Positions 46,313 through 55,156 of a stretch of DNA of 55,474 nucleotides are shown one piece after another. Made by a program: the position numbers and the translations under genes. How positions within the stretch are numbered: the stretch's first letter is position 1; every line of letters starts with the position of its first letter. A model generated the notes under the pieces. It ran no database searches. It was not told the origin of the DNA and saw only the letters and a list, made by a program, of their open reading frames with translations. Origin of the DNA: a virus (lineage: Duplodnaviria > Caudoviricetes); IMG/VR virus record IMGVR_UViG_3300037231_000117, positions 1 through 55,474 of that record, one strand, 5' to 3'.

Positions 46313-46813
46313 TTAAACCAGGACCGTCGCGTCGAAAGGTCCGAGCGGCGACACGTAGACCGTCGTCGCGGTATCGAGCGGGGTCGTGCCACCGGTGAAG
46401 GTCCCGGCGTTCGTGACGATCAGAAACCCGATCATCGCGTTGCCGCTCGGTATCTGCGGGAACACGACGCCACCGAGCGTCGCCGCTTGCGTGCCTGCTC
46501 CGACCGTAACGACGCCCGCGCTGTTCACGAAGAAACAGACGACGTTGTAGTAAGCCGCCGTGATCACGATCCCGGTCAGCACCGGGAGTACGGTGCCGGC
46601 GGCTATCTGCACCAGGTCTCCCGTCGCGCAGGCATAGAAGTTCGCCGCGCCGATCTTCGCCGTCGTCGCACCGCCGGCACTGATCACCAGCCCGGCGGAG
46701 GTTAGCGGTTGCGACGAATAACGTTCCGCCAGCGGCACCACGACCGTCCGCACCGCGCGCTGGTACAGGCCGTTCGTGATGCCCGCGAGGTATCTTGTCA
46801 CCGTGTCAAGCAT
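46313..46813 (-). CDS. Capsid decoration-like protein, likely paralogue of 45760-46263
   Basis: AAGGAG RBS; FPQIP..IGFLIV..FTGGTT. Confidence 0.65.
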   Translation of the reverse strand: MLDTVTRYLAGITNGLYQRAVRTVVVPLAERYSSQPLTSAGLVISAGGATTAKIGAANFYACATGDLVQIAAGTVLPVLTGIVITAAYYNVVCFFVNSAGVVTVGAGTQAATLGGVVFPQIPSGNAMIGFLIVTNAGTFTGGTTPLDTATTVYVSPLGPFDATVLV

Positions 46814-46837
46814 AGGCGTTCTCCTTCACCTGACCGA

Positions 46838-47908
46838 TTACATAAGGACTTTCGAGCCGACGTTCCCGACGGCCATCCAGCCCTGATTCTCGATCATCAC
46901 GGCCTTCCACCAGATGGTGCCTGCGTAGCCGCGCTGGCCCAGCGGGTCCGACTTGGACTGTTCGCCAGGCGGCAGGAATGTCGGCTTCATCGCGTCCTTG
47001 CCGCGCACCGCGATCTGGCCCCACGCATCCTGGGCGGCGACGATGAACGGGTACACGTCGATCGAGACGCCGGTCGTGCTGTAGAGACCGGTCGCGCCGA
47101 TCGCCGCGCCGCCGTCCTGGATCGACGGTAGATCGGGCGACGTGATGAACCGGAACCGCTCGCACTTGCCGACTTCGTTCGGCATCGGTGTGCCGCTCGC
47201 GTATGCCTCGGCGGGCACGAAATTCGGCAGGTCGCGGATGTCCGGCTCAAGATCGGTGTGGCAATAGACGAGGTAACCCTCGGCGACGGGGTCGGTCGCG
47301 AACATGGCGCTGGCCTTCAGCATCTTGTTCACTGGTTTGCCGTGATTCGCCTGAAGGCTCTTTACGATCTTACGGACCATGCCGAGCGTCAACGCTCCGG
47401 CGACGGTGGCGACGGACGTGCCAGCCCCACCATAATAGGCGTTCGTGCAACCGCGCAGCGCGCCCCAGATGATCATTTCGTTGACGAACGTTACGCGCTC
47501 GCCGATCTGTTCGATCATCGCCTTCGGGATATCGTCCTCGTACAGGTCATAGGTCTTGTCGGTGAACCCGTAGAGGCAACCGAACTGCTGGACGACCACG
47601 GTGATGTCGATGGGCACCAAGCTGTCCGGCGGCGGCGTCACACCTTCCTGGATTTGGTTCGCCTGGGCGATTGCGTTGCCGCGGTCGCCGGTGCCGTTCT
47701 GGAAGAAACTGTTCTGCGAGTTGGGGGTGGCGGCGGTCGCGCCATACGGGATCCAGCGCCTGGCGACATAGGTATCGCTCATGTTGCGGGGCATCGGGAT
47801 CTGACGACCCGTTTTGCCGAGCACCTCCATTGGAACGGAGTGGGAGAGAATCTGGCCCTTGAACTTGTTGATTCTGCCTGGCGTGAGGCCGAAGTTTTGC
47901 ATTGCCAT
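46838..47908 (-). CDS. Major capsid protein, N4-gp56-like
   Basis: IPMPRN..EGVTP..QQFG; KSDPLGQRGYAG..W motif; 356 aa, follows the scaffold gene. Confidence 0.88.
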   Translation of the reverse strand: MAMQNFGLTPGRINKFKGQILSHSVPMEVLGKTGRQIPMPRNMSDTYVARRWIPYGATAATPNSQNSFFQNGTGDRGNAIAQANQIQEGVTPPPDSLVPIDITVVVQQFGCLYGFTDKTYDLYEDDIPKAMIEQIGERVTFVNEMIIWGALRGCTNAYYGGAGTSVATVAGALTLGMVRKIVKSLQANHGKPVNKMLKASAMFATDPVAEGYLVYCHTDLEPDIRDLPNFVPAEAYASGTPMPNEVGKCERFRFITSPDLPSIQDGGAAIGATGLYSTTGVSIDVYPFIVAAQDAWGQIAVRGKDAMKPTFLPPGEQSKSDPLGQRGYAGTIWWKAVMIENQGWMAVGNVGSKVLM

Positions 47909-48050
47909 AGGTATATCGTCCTGTTGCGCTGGTTGGTTTCAAGAGTCATTGCTGCAAGAAACCGCCGTCACAGGGCGCCGGTCGTAGGCCAAACCGCAAA
48001 ACGCGCGGTCTGGTCGAAGCGGTGTCGTTGTATAGCCGAAAAGGCCGGTG

Positions 48051-48932
48051 TTACCGACTACTAAATCCGGCCAGAAATTCGTCGTCGTCACTCTTGCCGG
48101 CAGGGGTCCCGGCATTGTCGCCGCGTGGCTGCACCGCGCCCCGAATCCGATCGGCGCGCGCCACATCGCGTGGCGACGGTGCGGGTTTCGCAGGCCCAGC
48201 CTTGGTTTCGAACTGGAATAGCCGAATGGCTCGGCCGATTATCTGAGCCGATTCCGAGCTGTTAATCCGATTCTGGTAGGCCGCGTCTTTGGTGCCCAGC
48301 CATTTCCGGAACGGATTGTTCTTGTCAGGCTGCTCCCGCGTCACGTCCACCGCGCCGACGATCTTGCGCCACTCCGGATAGGCGTCTTCAAGAGCCTCGA
48401 CCTCGCGCTTGGCGGTGTAGGTCGCCATCAACTTTTCGACCCCGGTAAGGTCCGGCTCCGCGGCAGCACCGCCGCTACCGGGCATGCCGGACAGGGCGGC
48501 TTCCAGTGCGGCCCGGGTTTGCTGTGCGAGTTCCGGAAAGTCGCGCTCCATCGCCGCGAACGCGTCCTTCGGAATCTCGACTTTACGCCCGGTCGCTGTC
48601 TGAGTGTGAAGGCTGGTGACCAGTTGTTGGAGCTTGCCGAGCGTCCCAAATGCCTTGGATAGCTGGCCCTCGTGCGAGTTCGTCTTTGTGGCGGCGACCC
48701 GCATTTCATCCCAGTCTGCCTTAGTGATCTGGACGTATTCCGGCGGCGGAATGACCGCCGCCCGTGGGGTTGCCGCGGGTCGGGGTGCGTCCGGTTTTGC
48801 CGGTGGCGTCGCTGCTGCCGCTGCTGCTGCTGCTGCTGCTGGTGGTTTTTCGACCTTTGCCGCCGGGAAGCCCGATGCGAAGTCTGCATCGGCTTCCGCG
48901 TCAGCGAGTGCCGTTTCGCTCTCGTCAGCCAT
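48051..48932 (-). CDS. Capsid scaffolding protein
   Basis: Acidic/Pro-rich N-terminus, coiled coil, YPEWRKIV..FRKWL; between portal and MCP. Confidence 0.75.
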   Translation of the reverse strand: MADESETALADAEADADFASGFPAAKVEKPPAAAAAAAAAATPPAKPDAPRPAATPRAAVIPPPEYVQITKADWDEMRVAATKTNSHEGQLSKAFGTLGKLQQLVTSLHTQTATGRKVEIPKDAFAAMERDFPELAQQTRAALEAALSGMPGSGGAAAEPDLTGVEKLMATYTAKREVEALEDAYPEWRKIVGAVDVTREQPDKNNPFRKWLGTKDAAYQNRINSSESAQIIGRAIRLFQFETKAGPAKPAPSPRDVARADRIRGAVQPRGDNAGTPAGKSDDDEFLAGFSSR

Positions 48933-48959
48933 TTTTGTGGTTACTCCGTTCGACGGGCC

Positions 48960-49187
48960 TTAAAGTCCGTCGTCGCCTGCGCCGGTCACCGTCGGCCGGT
49001 CTGCCCCGAGGGCGATGAGACTCTTGAGGCATTTGATGCGACCGCGTAATGCTGCGGTCTGCTGTTCCGTGATCGTCTCGTCGTCATTCTTGCGCCGTGC
49101 CGCGGCCACCATTTCGACCAGGTGGGCTTCCAGCCGTACCCAGAGCGAAGACGACCTGTCGTGGGACGTGAGTTCGAAGTCGTCCAT
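48960..49187 (-). CDS. Small head-assembly protein
   Basis: W..LEAHL..R.KND...TAALRGRIK.LK.L; directly after the portal. Confidence 0.65.
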   Translation of the reverse strand: MDDFELTSHDRSSSLWVRLEAHLVEMVAAARRKNDDETITEQQTAALRGRIKCLKSLIALGADRPTVTGAGDDGL

Positions 49188-51688
49188 CAAGTCTGCGCCG
49201 TCGATTGATCGAACGCGTGACCGTTAGCGGCGCGGCCTGGCGCCTGGATCGGCGGCTTGGCCGGCTGCGGCGTGCGGTGCTTCCGCATGGTGTTCTGGTT
49301 GTTCGCCGCGTTCAACCTTTCCTCGGTCTGCAACTCCATCGTCGTCCTGGCGAGCAGAGTCTTGGCCGCGTTGAGCGATATCTTCTCGCGGTTGGCATAG
49401 GCCAGCAGCGCATTCTGCCGCTCAATGTCCAACGCGTGCGCCTTGATCGTCAGCTCGCCATGCACACGGGTCTGCTCGGTCTGAGCGGTGCCAACATCCA
49501 GCGCGTGTCCCGCCGCGGCCATCTGCCCCCTGTTCTGCTCGGTTCGCTGGTCGGCAGTCTGTTTCATCGCGCCCAGCTTCAGCGCCGTATCCTGCGCGAT
49601 CTTTGCGACCGTGACGGACGGGTCTTCCGGCGGCGGGGCGGCGTCGATCCTGTTTTGCTCTTCCTCGGTGTACTGCACCTGCTCCGGGTCCAGCCGTTTG
49701 GATTTCAGGAACAGCTTCGCCCATTTCTTGGGGTCAATCCCATAGATTGGGTTGGCAGCCATAGCGCCCATTTGCGCGATACTCTGATCCTGGATCGCGC
49801 GCTCGACCAGCGCGATCGAGCCGTGTGCGTCAATCTGGTACTCGCCTTTTTCTTCATTCGGCACCTCCGGGTCGAGCAACAGCCACTCGTAGTACTGCCG
49901 CACGACGGGCTCGGTGATGTAGTCGTCGAACGCGTAGCCGATCGAGCGCAGGAGCTGGTTCGCGTTGTTGTCTTGAAGCTGCGTGCCGCCGAACGTGTCG
50001 GGGGTCGTGGCGCCGCTCTGCCCCTGTGTGATGAGCGGGATCGAGGTCGTTTCCTCGGCGAACTGCTGGCCGAGGTTGATGATCTTAATCAGTTGGTCGG
50101 TGACGTTGGGTATCTCGATCGCCAGGAATGCCTGGCGCACGTCGATCGGCGCGTCGTCGGTAGCCAGCCATATCTTGTCCGGGGTGATCGACCAGACGCC
50201 GTCGGCGGGCCGGATGGCGGCCTGGTTGATGACCAGTTGGCTGCCGGCCGATTTGCCCGCGTTATTCAGGAGCGCCCGCAGCGACGCGTTGGTCACCCGC
50301 TGCGGCGTCTTCATCTGCTCGGCGACACCAACACCGGCCCAATGGCCGGCACGCCGCTGCCATGGCATCGAGTGGTACGGGAAGCTGCCGCTATCGAGCG
50401 GATTGATCACCGCTCGCACGACTGAGTCGTTGATCAAGGTCACGATGGCATGCGCTTCGTCGCAACCGTCGTCCGCCTGCGACGGGGTTTTGGCGCCGCT
50501 GGCCTGGTCGATCGCCTGCATCTCGTCGCGGGTCAGCGCGCCGTAGAAATACCAAACGGTGTACCTGCCCTTGTTCTTGGATGCGTCGCTGGCCCGGACA
50601 TCGCCTTCCGCGTTGGACTTTTCGGGGCCTTCCTCCAGCACCTGGTCGATCTGCGCCGCGATATAGCCCGGCAGTTGCTTTAGGCCGCGAACCTGCCGCG
50701 CCGACATGAAATCCCGCTCGAAAATGTAGTCGCCGTCGTGGATGTTCTCGCCGCAGGCCGCGTCCGGGAAAATGTTCCACGGGTCCTTCCACTCGGCCGC
50801 CGGGATGATTTGCTCCTTGATCGTGAGATCGACGCCGCCATCCTCGCTTTCGGTGATCGCCATCACCCGCTTTGACCGCGGCGTTGGCGCTTTGATCACG
50901 CCGACGCCGATCCGCGCGCCGTCGCCGATGACTTTCCGGAGCTCGGCACGGTACTGGGTCTGCGTCATCCAGTCGTAGATGCGCGTCTCTGCGGCCTTGG
51001 CGCGCTTACGGGCCATCTCGATCTTCTCGATCGCGAGATCCTTGACCGTCAGCGGCACGCGTGGCGGCCCTGCGGGGGGCGCTGGTGCCGCTGTGGCGTC
51101 CGAGGTCGGCGGTGGCGCGCCGGGCGGCCCTGGCGCCACTGGTGCTGCGGCTGGGGGCGCCGGTGCGGGTGCTAGGGCCGGGGGTGCCTCGCCCTTGGCA
51201 AGCGGGCGCGTCAGCGGCACGCCCATGTCACTGTGAACGACCTGACTCTCGTCCTCGCTCGCCTTGATCAGTTCCGGGACCGGCATCTCCGAGAACGAGA
51301 ACGCCTTGTCGTCCGCCGGTAGCAGGATTTCCTCCAGCTTCGCGACACCCGCATCGACATACCGCGAGGTCAGCCGCAGGAAGACAGTGGACCTGTGATC
51401 CGCGGTCTTGGACCGCTTGCCCGTCGTTACCGGGCCGTCGATCGACATCGGCTTGGACCAGCGTGCGTCGCTGGACTCGTGACGGTTGGCGTCATCGATG
51501 CCGAGATACGCCTCCTCGCAGTCCTTCCAGGTCGTCTCGATGCCGCTCGATTCGCGGGCGCCCTTCGCTTCTTCCCGCTTGTGCGCGATCTGCACACCGA
51601 TGGCGGCGAGGACTGACGGCGGCGCGTCCATGTGCGGCGCGATTGCCTGGCGCACGTCGTCGGGAAAGTCGGAGAGGTCGCCGCTCAT
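49187..51688 (-). CDS. Portal protein
   Basis: 833 aa downstream of TerL; IGVGVIK, DPWNIFPD, WAGVGVAEQM, Gln-rich C-terminal barrel. Confidence 0.88.
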   Translation of the reverse strand: MSGDLSDFPDDVRQAIAPHMDAPPSVLAAIGVQIAHKREEAKGARESSGIETTWKDCEEAYLGIDDANRHESSDARWSKPMSIDGPVTTGKRSKTADHRSTVFLRLTSRYVDAGVAKLEEILLPADDKAFSFSEMPVPELIKASEDESQVVHSDMGVPLTRPLAKGEAPPALAPAPAPPAAAPVAPGPPGAPPPTSDATAAPAPPAGPPRVPLTVKDLAIEKIEMARKRAKAAETRIYDWMTQTQYRAELRKVIGDGARIGVGVIKAPTPRSKRVMAITESEDGGVDLTIKEQIIPAAEWKDPWNIFPDAACGENIHDGDYIFERDFMSARQVRGLKQLPGYIAAQIDQVLEEGPEKSNAEGDVRASDASKNKGRYTVWYFYGALTRDEMQAIDQASGAKTPSQADDGCDEAHAIVTLINDSVVRAVINPLDSGSFPYHSMPWQRRAGHWAGVGVAEQMKTPQRVTNASLRALLNNAGKSAGSQLVINQAAIRPADGVWSITPDKIWLATDDAPIDVRQAFLAIEIPNVTDQLIKIINLGQQFAEETTSIPLITQGQSGATTPDTFGGTQLQDNNANQLLRSIGYAFDDYITEPVVRQYYEWLLLDPEVPNEEKGEYQIDAHGSIALVERAIQDQSIAQMGAMAANPIYGIDPKKWAKLFLKSKRLDPEQVQYTEEEQNRIDAAPPPEDPSVTVAKIAQDTALKLGAMKQTADQRTEQNRGQMAAAGHALDVGTAQTEQTRVHGELTIKAHALDIERQNALLAYANREKISLNAAKTLLARTTMELQTEERLNAANNQNTMRKHRTPQPAKPPIQAPGRAANGHAFDQSTAQT

Positions 51689-51763
51689 CGGATGTTGCTA
51701 TGTCCAGTCATTGTTTATATGTTCGCTTTGCGCGGAAAGCGGCCGCACAACAGGAGCAACGTC

Positions 51764-51868
51764 ATGGCAAAAATACTCGGGATCATCATCGTCGCCGGCG
51801 TGGTGTGGGTGCTTTGGCTGTCGGCCCGGTGGGAGGAACAGATCAAAGAGGAACGGCGGCTGCGATAG
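51764..51868 (+). CDS. Small membrane protein (34 aa)
   Basis: AGGAG RBS; single TM segment; upstream TTGCTA-N17-TATGTT. Confidence 0.55.
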   Translation: MAKILGIIIVAGVVWVLWLSARWEEQIKEERRLR

Positions 51869-51876
51869 GTCGCGAC

Positions 51877-52170
51877 ATGAAGATCGAAATCGCGGTGATG
51901 GTGGTCATCGAGACGGACGATCCGCGACTGACACCGGAGGCTGTGGTCGAGGCGATGACAACGGCCAGCGGCGTTGCGGGCATCCGCCGGGTGGTACTGG
52001 GGCATCTCCCGGACGACGTCACCCGAGTGCTTGCCGTGATGGACCAGGAACAGGCGGAGTTGCTGATGATGATGAGCGAGGGAGTCGGGCGCACCGTCGC
52101 CCAGGCACTCGGCTTACGCCACCAGGTCATCCACCCGCCGGCCGACTACATCCCGCCGACCAGGGACTGA
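51877..52170 (+). CDS. Hypothetical protein
   Basis: MKIEIAVMVVIETDD..., native codon bias. Confidence 0.6.
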   Translation: MKIEIAVMVVIETDDPRLTPEAVVEAMTTASGVAGIRRVVLGHLPDDVTRVLAVMDQEQAELLMMMSEGVGRTVAQALGLRHQVIHPPADYIPPTRD

Positions 52171-52209
52171 GGCGAAAGAAACTCGACAGGAACTCGAAGG
52201 AACTCGACA

Positions 52210-53109
52210 ATGCAACTCGACACGATCCCCGCCGAACGCCTCGCGCTGCTGGATACTGTGACGCTGTTCCACGGCCAGCATCGCGGCGGTTCGGGTGATT
52301 TCAACTGCAAACATTGCGCCCGTGAATTGCTGTTCGAGGTCGTCACCGGACAACATGCCGACCGGACACCTCCGGGATGTACATTCTTGATCGATATTCT
52401 GGCCCGGGTGAACGACGGTCCGTGGCGTTCCGATGACCACCGCACCACGGTGATGCGTCCTTATCTGCGGCCGATGTTGGCGCTCGATCCCGCATTAGAT
52501 CGGCGCCGCGTTTTCGCGCTGATCGACCATGTTTATCGGACGCTTATGCCTGATGTCTGCGATGCGCTGAAACTTGACGAGCACGGTTCGACACTGCGCG
52601 ACTTGGCACCGATTGTGGACAGCCAAACCGCCCTCGCCGCCCGCGCCGCCCGCGGCGCCCTCGACGTCCTCGCCATCCTCGCCGCCCTCGCCGCTCGCGC
52701 CGCCCTCGACGCCCTCGACACCCACGCCGCCTTCGACGCCCTCGACACCCACGCCGCCCTCGCCGGCCGCGCCGCCCGCGCCTTGCTCGCCGGCCGCGCC
52801 TTGCTCGTCGCCCTCGACACCCACGCCGCCCTCGACGCCCTCGACACCCTCGCCGCCCTCGACGCCCTCGACACCCACGTCGCCCTCGCCGACCGCGCCG
52901 GCCGCGCCGCCCGCGCCTTGCTCGCCGGCCGCGCCTTGCTCGTCGCCCTCGACACCCACGCCGCCCTCGACGCCCTCGACACCCACGCCGCCCTCGACGC
53001 CCTCGACACCCTCGACACCCTCGCCGACCGCGCCGCCCGCGCCGCCCGATCGGCGTCATGGGAACGCGGTGTCCGCGAAATCCTCGATCTGGTGTGTGCG
53101 ATTACCTGA
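52210..53109 (+). CDS. Hypothetical protein with His/Cys N-domain and Ala-rich tripeptide-repeat region
   Basis: AAGGA RBS; L..G.H..C..CARE..D..P.C..ND; ALDALDTHA repeats. Confidence 0.75.
   Translation: MQLDTIPAERLALLDTVTLFHGQHRGGSGDFNCKHCARELLFEVVTGQHADRTPPGCTFLIDILARVNDGPWRSDDHRTTVMRPYLRPMLALDPALDRRRVFALIDHVYRTLMPDVCDALKLDEHGSTLRDLAPIVDSQTALAARAARGALDVLAILAALAARAALDALDTHAAFDALDTHAALAGRAARALLAGRALLVALDTHAALDALDTLAALDALDTHVALADRAGRAARALLAGRALLVALDTHAALDALDTHAALDALDTLDTLADRAARAARSASWERGVREILDLVCAIT
52630..53048 (+). repeat. Degenerate 9-bp minisatellite with a 135-bp higher-order duplication
   Basis: gccgccctc/gacgccctc/gacacccac units; 52761-52876 recurs at 52896-53011 with one mismatch. 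Confidence 0.85.
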
Positions 53110-53122
53110 AGGGCGGAAATCC

Positions 53123-53368
53123 ATGACAGAGCGTCAACGGCTACACTCCGTAATCTGGCGATTTGTGATCGAGCATCCGTTTTACGTTGCGTGCTGGATA
53201 GTCAGCGCCATCTGCATCCCAGGCACGATCTACTTACTGGCGCTGCCGACCCCTGACCCGCCGACGATCGCCTGCTACCCAGGGATGACGTTGCTTCCGC
53301 ACCAAAGCTGCACCGTCACGATCGAGTTGCATTTCCCAAAGCCCCACGCCACACGGGACGACCTTTGA
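53123..53368 (+). CDS. Small membrane protein
   Basis: TM segment FYVACWIVSAICIPGTIYLLAL. Confidence 0.5.
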   Translation: MTERQRLHSVIWRFVIEHPFYVACWIVSAICIPGTIYLLALPTPDPPTIACYPGMTLLPHQSCTVTIELHFPKPHATRDDL

Positions 53369-53471
53369 CACCGCAACGAGTTACAACCGGCGAGAATCAA
53401 GTGACGCACACATTCGGCCGTCCTAAGTAAAGCGCCGTGCAGATTTGCACGGCCAGCGTCAAGCGGCTCCG

Positions 53472-54851
53472 CTAACCCAGCAGCCCCATCCCCTCATCGA
53501 CATTCGCGAACACCGGCACCTGCGGTAGCGGCATATCGCCGTCGTTCCGGATGCGATCCACGATCTCCGCCAGGCCCCCGAACGCATCGGCGCCGTGCGA
53601 GGAGACATCGTGCAGCGGGCCGGTCGGCTCCAGCGTCGTCTTCGGCACATTCCGCTTGTACCGCTTCAGCCGGTCCATCAGGTTTGCCGCGCCCAGCAGC
53701 CGATCCGGCCGCTCCGGCGGCGTCGCGAACTTGGAATTGTCCATGTAGATGCGCGGCCACATCATGCGGCCGGCCTTGACGCGCGCCTCCGGATTGGACT
53801 TCGGGATCATCATCACGCGGCAACCAAGCCCTCGCAGCAGCTTCCGCGCGCTCGTGCCGCTTTTCGGATCGTGGCTGTCGCCGTCGTGCGGCAACCAGTC
53901 AGTCCCCCACTTGTAATTCAGCCGGTCCATCGCCGCGATCATGTTCGCGTACGTGATGTGCGACTCTTCGAGGTAGTTGATCACGTTCAGCGCCGACGGG
54001 TGCGGCTTCTGGACCATGATGCACACCATCAGGTCGTTCCAACCCAGGTCCCATATGCGATGCACCGGCAGGCGCGGGTCGTAGGGTATCGGCCGATAGC
54101 GGCCCTCGGTGATCATCTCGACGACTTCGCCGGCATAGATCGCGCCAGCGATCACGATGTTCGGCTTGCCGTCCCAGATATTTGCGTATGCGTCCTTCGA
54201 GTGGACCAGGTCGTATTGCCGCAGGCGTTCCTGCTCCGGTGTCCACCATCCGCACGCGACGGCGTCGCGCCAGTTCATTTCGACAACGACCGCGCCAGGC
54301 GGCGTGGCGACCACGAAGCGTTCCCACGCCTCGTCGGTGTCCATGCCGGGGTTGAACGACACCCAGACCTCTGAATTGGCGGTCCGGAAGATGGTCGGCA
54401 GCAAAATCTGCCACGACCGCTTGCGAACTGAATGGGCCTCCTCGATCCAGCAGATGTCGAAGCCTTCGTACGATTTTATCGAGTCAACGGTCTGGTCCGA
54501 CAGGCCGGTGAACCGAAACAGCGTGTCCTGGACGGTGCCGCGGATGGCGTTCTCGGTCACCTCGTAGCGGTTGTCGTAGCCGAGCGCGGTGATCTGGTCC
54601 TTCAGCAGCTGGTGGACGCTTTGCGCCAGGGACTTCTGGACTTCGCGGGCGCACAGGATGCGGAGCGGTCGGTGGACGCCTCGCGTCAGCAGCGCGCGGG
54701 CGAAACTCCAGGACTTGAGCGAGTTGCGTCCACCCCAGGCCACCTTGTAGGCGTGCATCTCCATCAGAAATGCGAGCTTGCGCGGTAGCTGGAGCCGAAC
54801 GACCTGTTCGGGTTGAGCGGTGGCCGGGCGGCGTTTGAGCGACGCCCTCAC
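53472..54851 (-). CDS. terL: Terminase large subunit (PBSX/Terminase_3-like)
   Basis: GGRNSLKS, RILCAREVQKS, IKSYEGFDICWIEEA, SFNP, WDLGWND, SHGADAF; GTGA-coupled start. Confidence 0.93.
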   Translation of the reverse strand: MRASLKRRPATAQPEQVVRLQLPRKLAFLMEMHAYKVAWGGRNSLKSWSFARALLTRGVHRPLRILCAREVQKSLAQSVHQLLKDQITALGYDNRYEVTENAIRGTVQDTLFRFTGLSDQTVDSIKSYEGFDICWIEEAHSVRKRSWQILLPTIFRTANSEVWVSFNPGMDTDEAWERFVVATPPGAVVVEMNWRDAVACGWWTPEQERLRQYDLVHSKDAYANIWDGKPNIVIAGAIYAGEVVEMITEGRYRPIPYDPRLPVHRIWDLGWNDLMVCIMVQKPHPSALNVINYLEESHITYANMIAAMDRLNYKWGTDWLPHDGDSHDPKSGTSARKLLRGLGCRVMMIPKSNPEARVKAGRMMWPRIYMDNSKFATPPERPDRLLGAANLMDRLKRYKRNVPKTTLEPTGPLHDVSSHGADAFGGLAEIVDRIRNDGDMPLPQVPVFANVDEGMGLLG

Positions 54852-55156
54852 GCCCACTCTTCTATGCGGCGGGCGAGCAATCGATTGCGGGCGAAGTCCG
54901 GAATCAAGATGGTCGGGATGTTCGACCCCGGATAGGCCCGGCCAACGGCGTCGCTCGCGCCGTCGGCATTCCACATAACCATCGCGAACCCGACGGGCGG
55001 ACTGTCGCTAGAGCACATCGTATCGAGCAAATCGCGCACTTCGAGCATGATCGAGCGCCGCGTGCGTTCCGGACCATCCGACAGCCGCACGACGCGGAAG
55101 CCGCTGGCCTTCAGCGTGACCGCGCCAACCCGGCAGTGTGGGTGGGGTGCGTTCAT
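54848..55156 (-). CDS. Hypothetical protein
   Basis: Coupled on both sides. Confidence 0.6.
   Translation of the reverse strand: MNAPHPHCRVGAVTLKASGFRVVRLSDGPERTRRSIMLEVRDLLDTMCSSDSPPVGFAMVMWNADGASDAVGRAYPGSNIPTILIPDFARNRLLARRIEEWA

Noticed and set aside
52495-53059. Protamine-like Arg-rich and other minus-strand ORFs
   Set aside because: By-products of the 9-bp minisatellite; only the plus-strand frame has an RBS and a globular N-domain.
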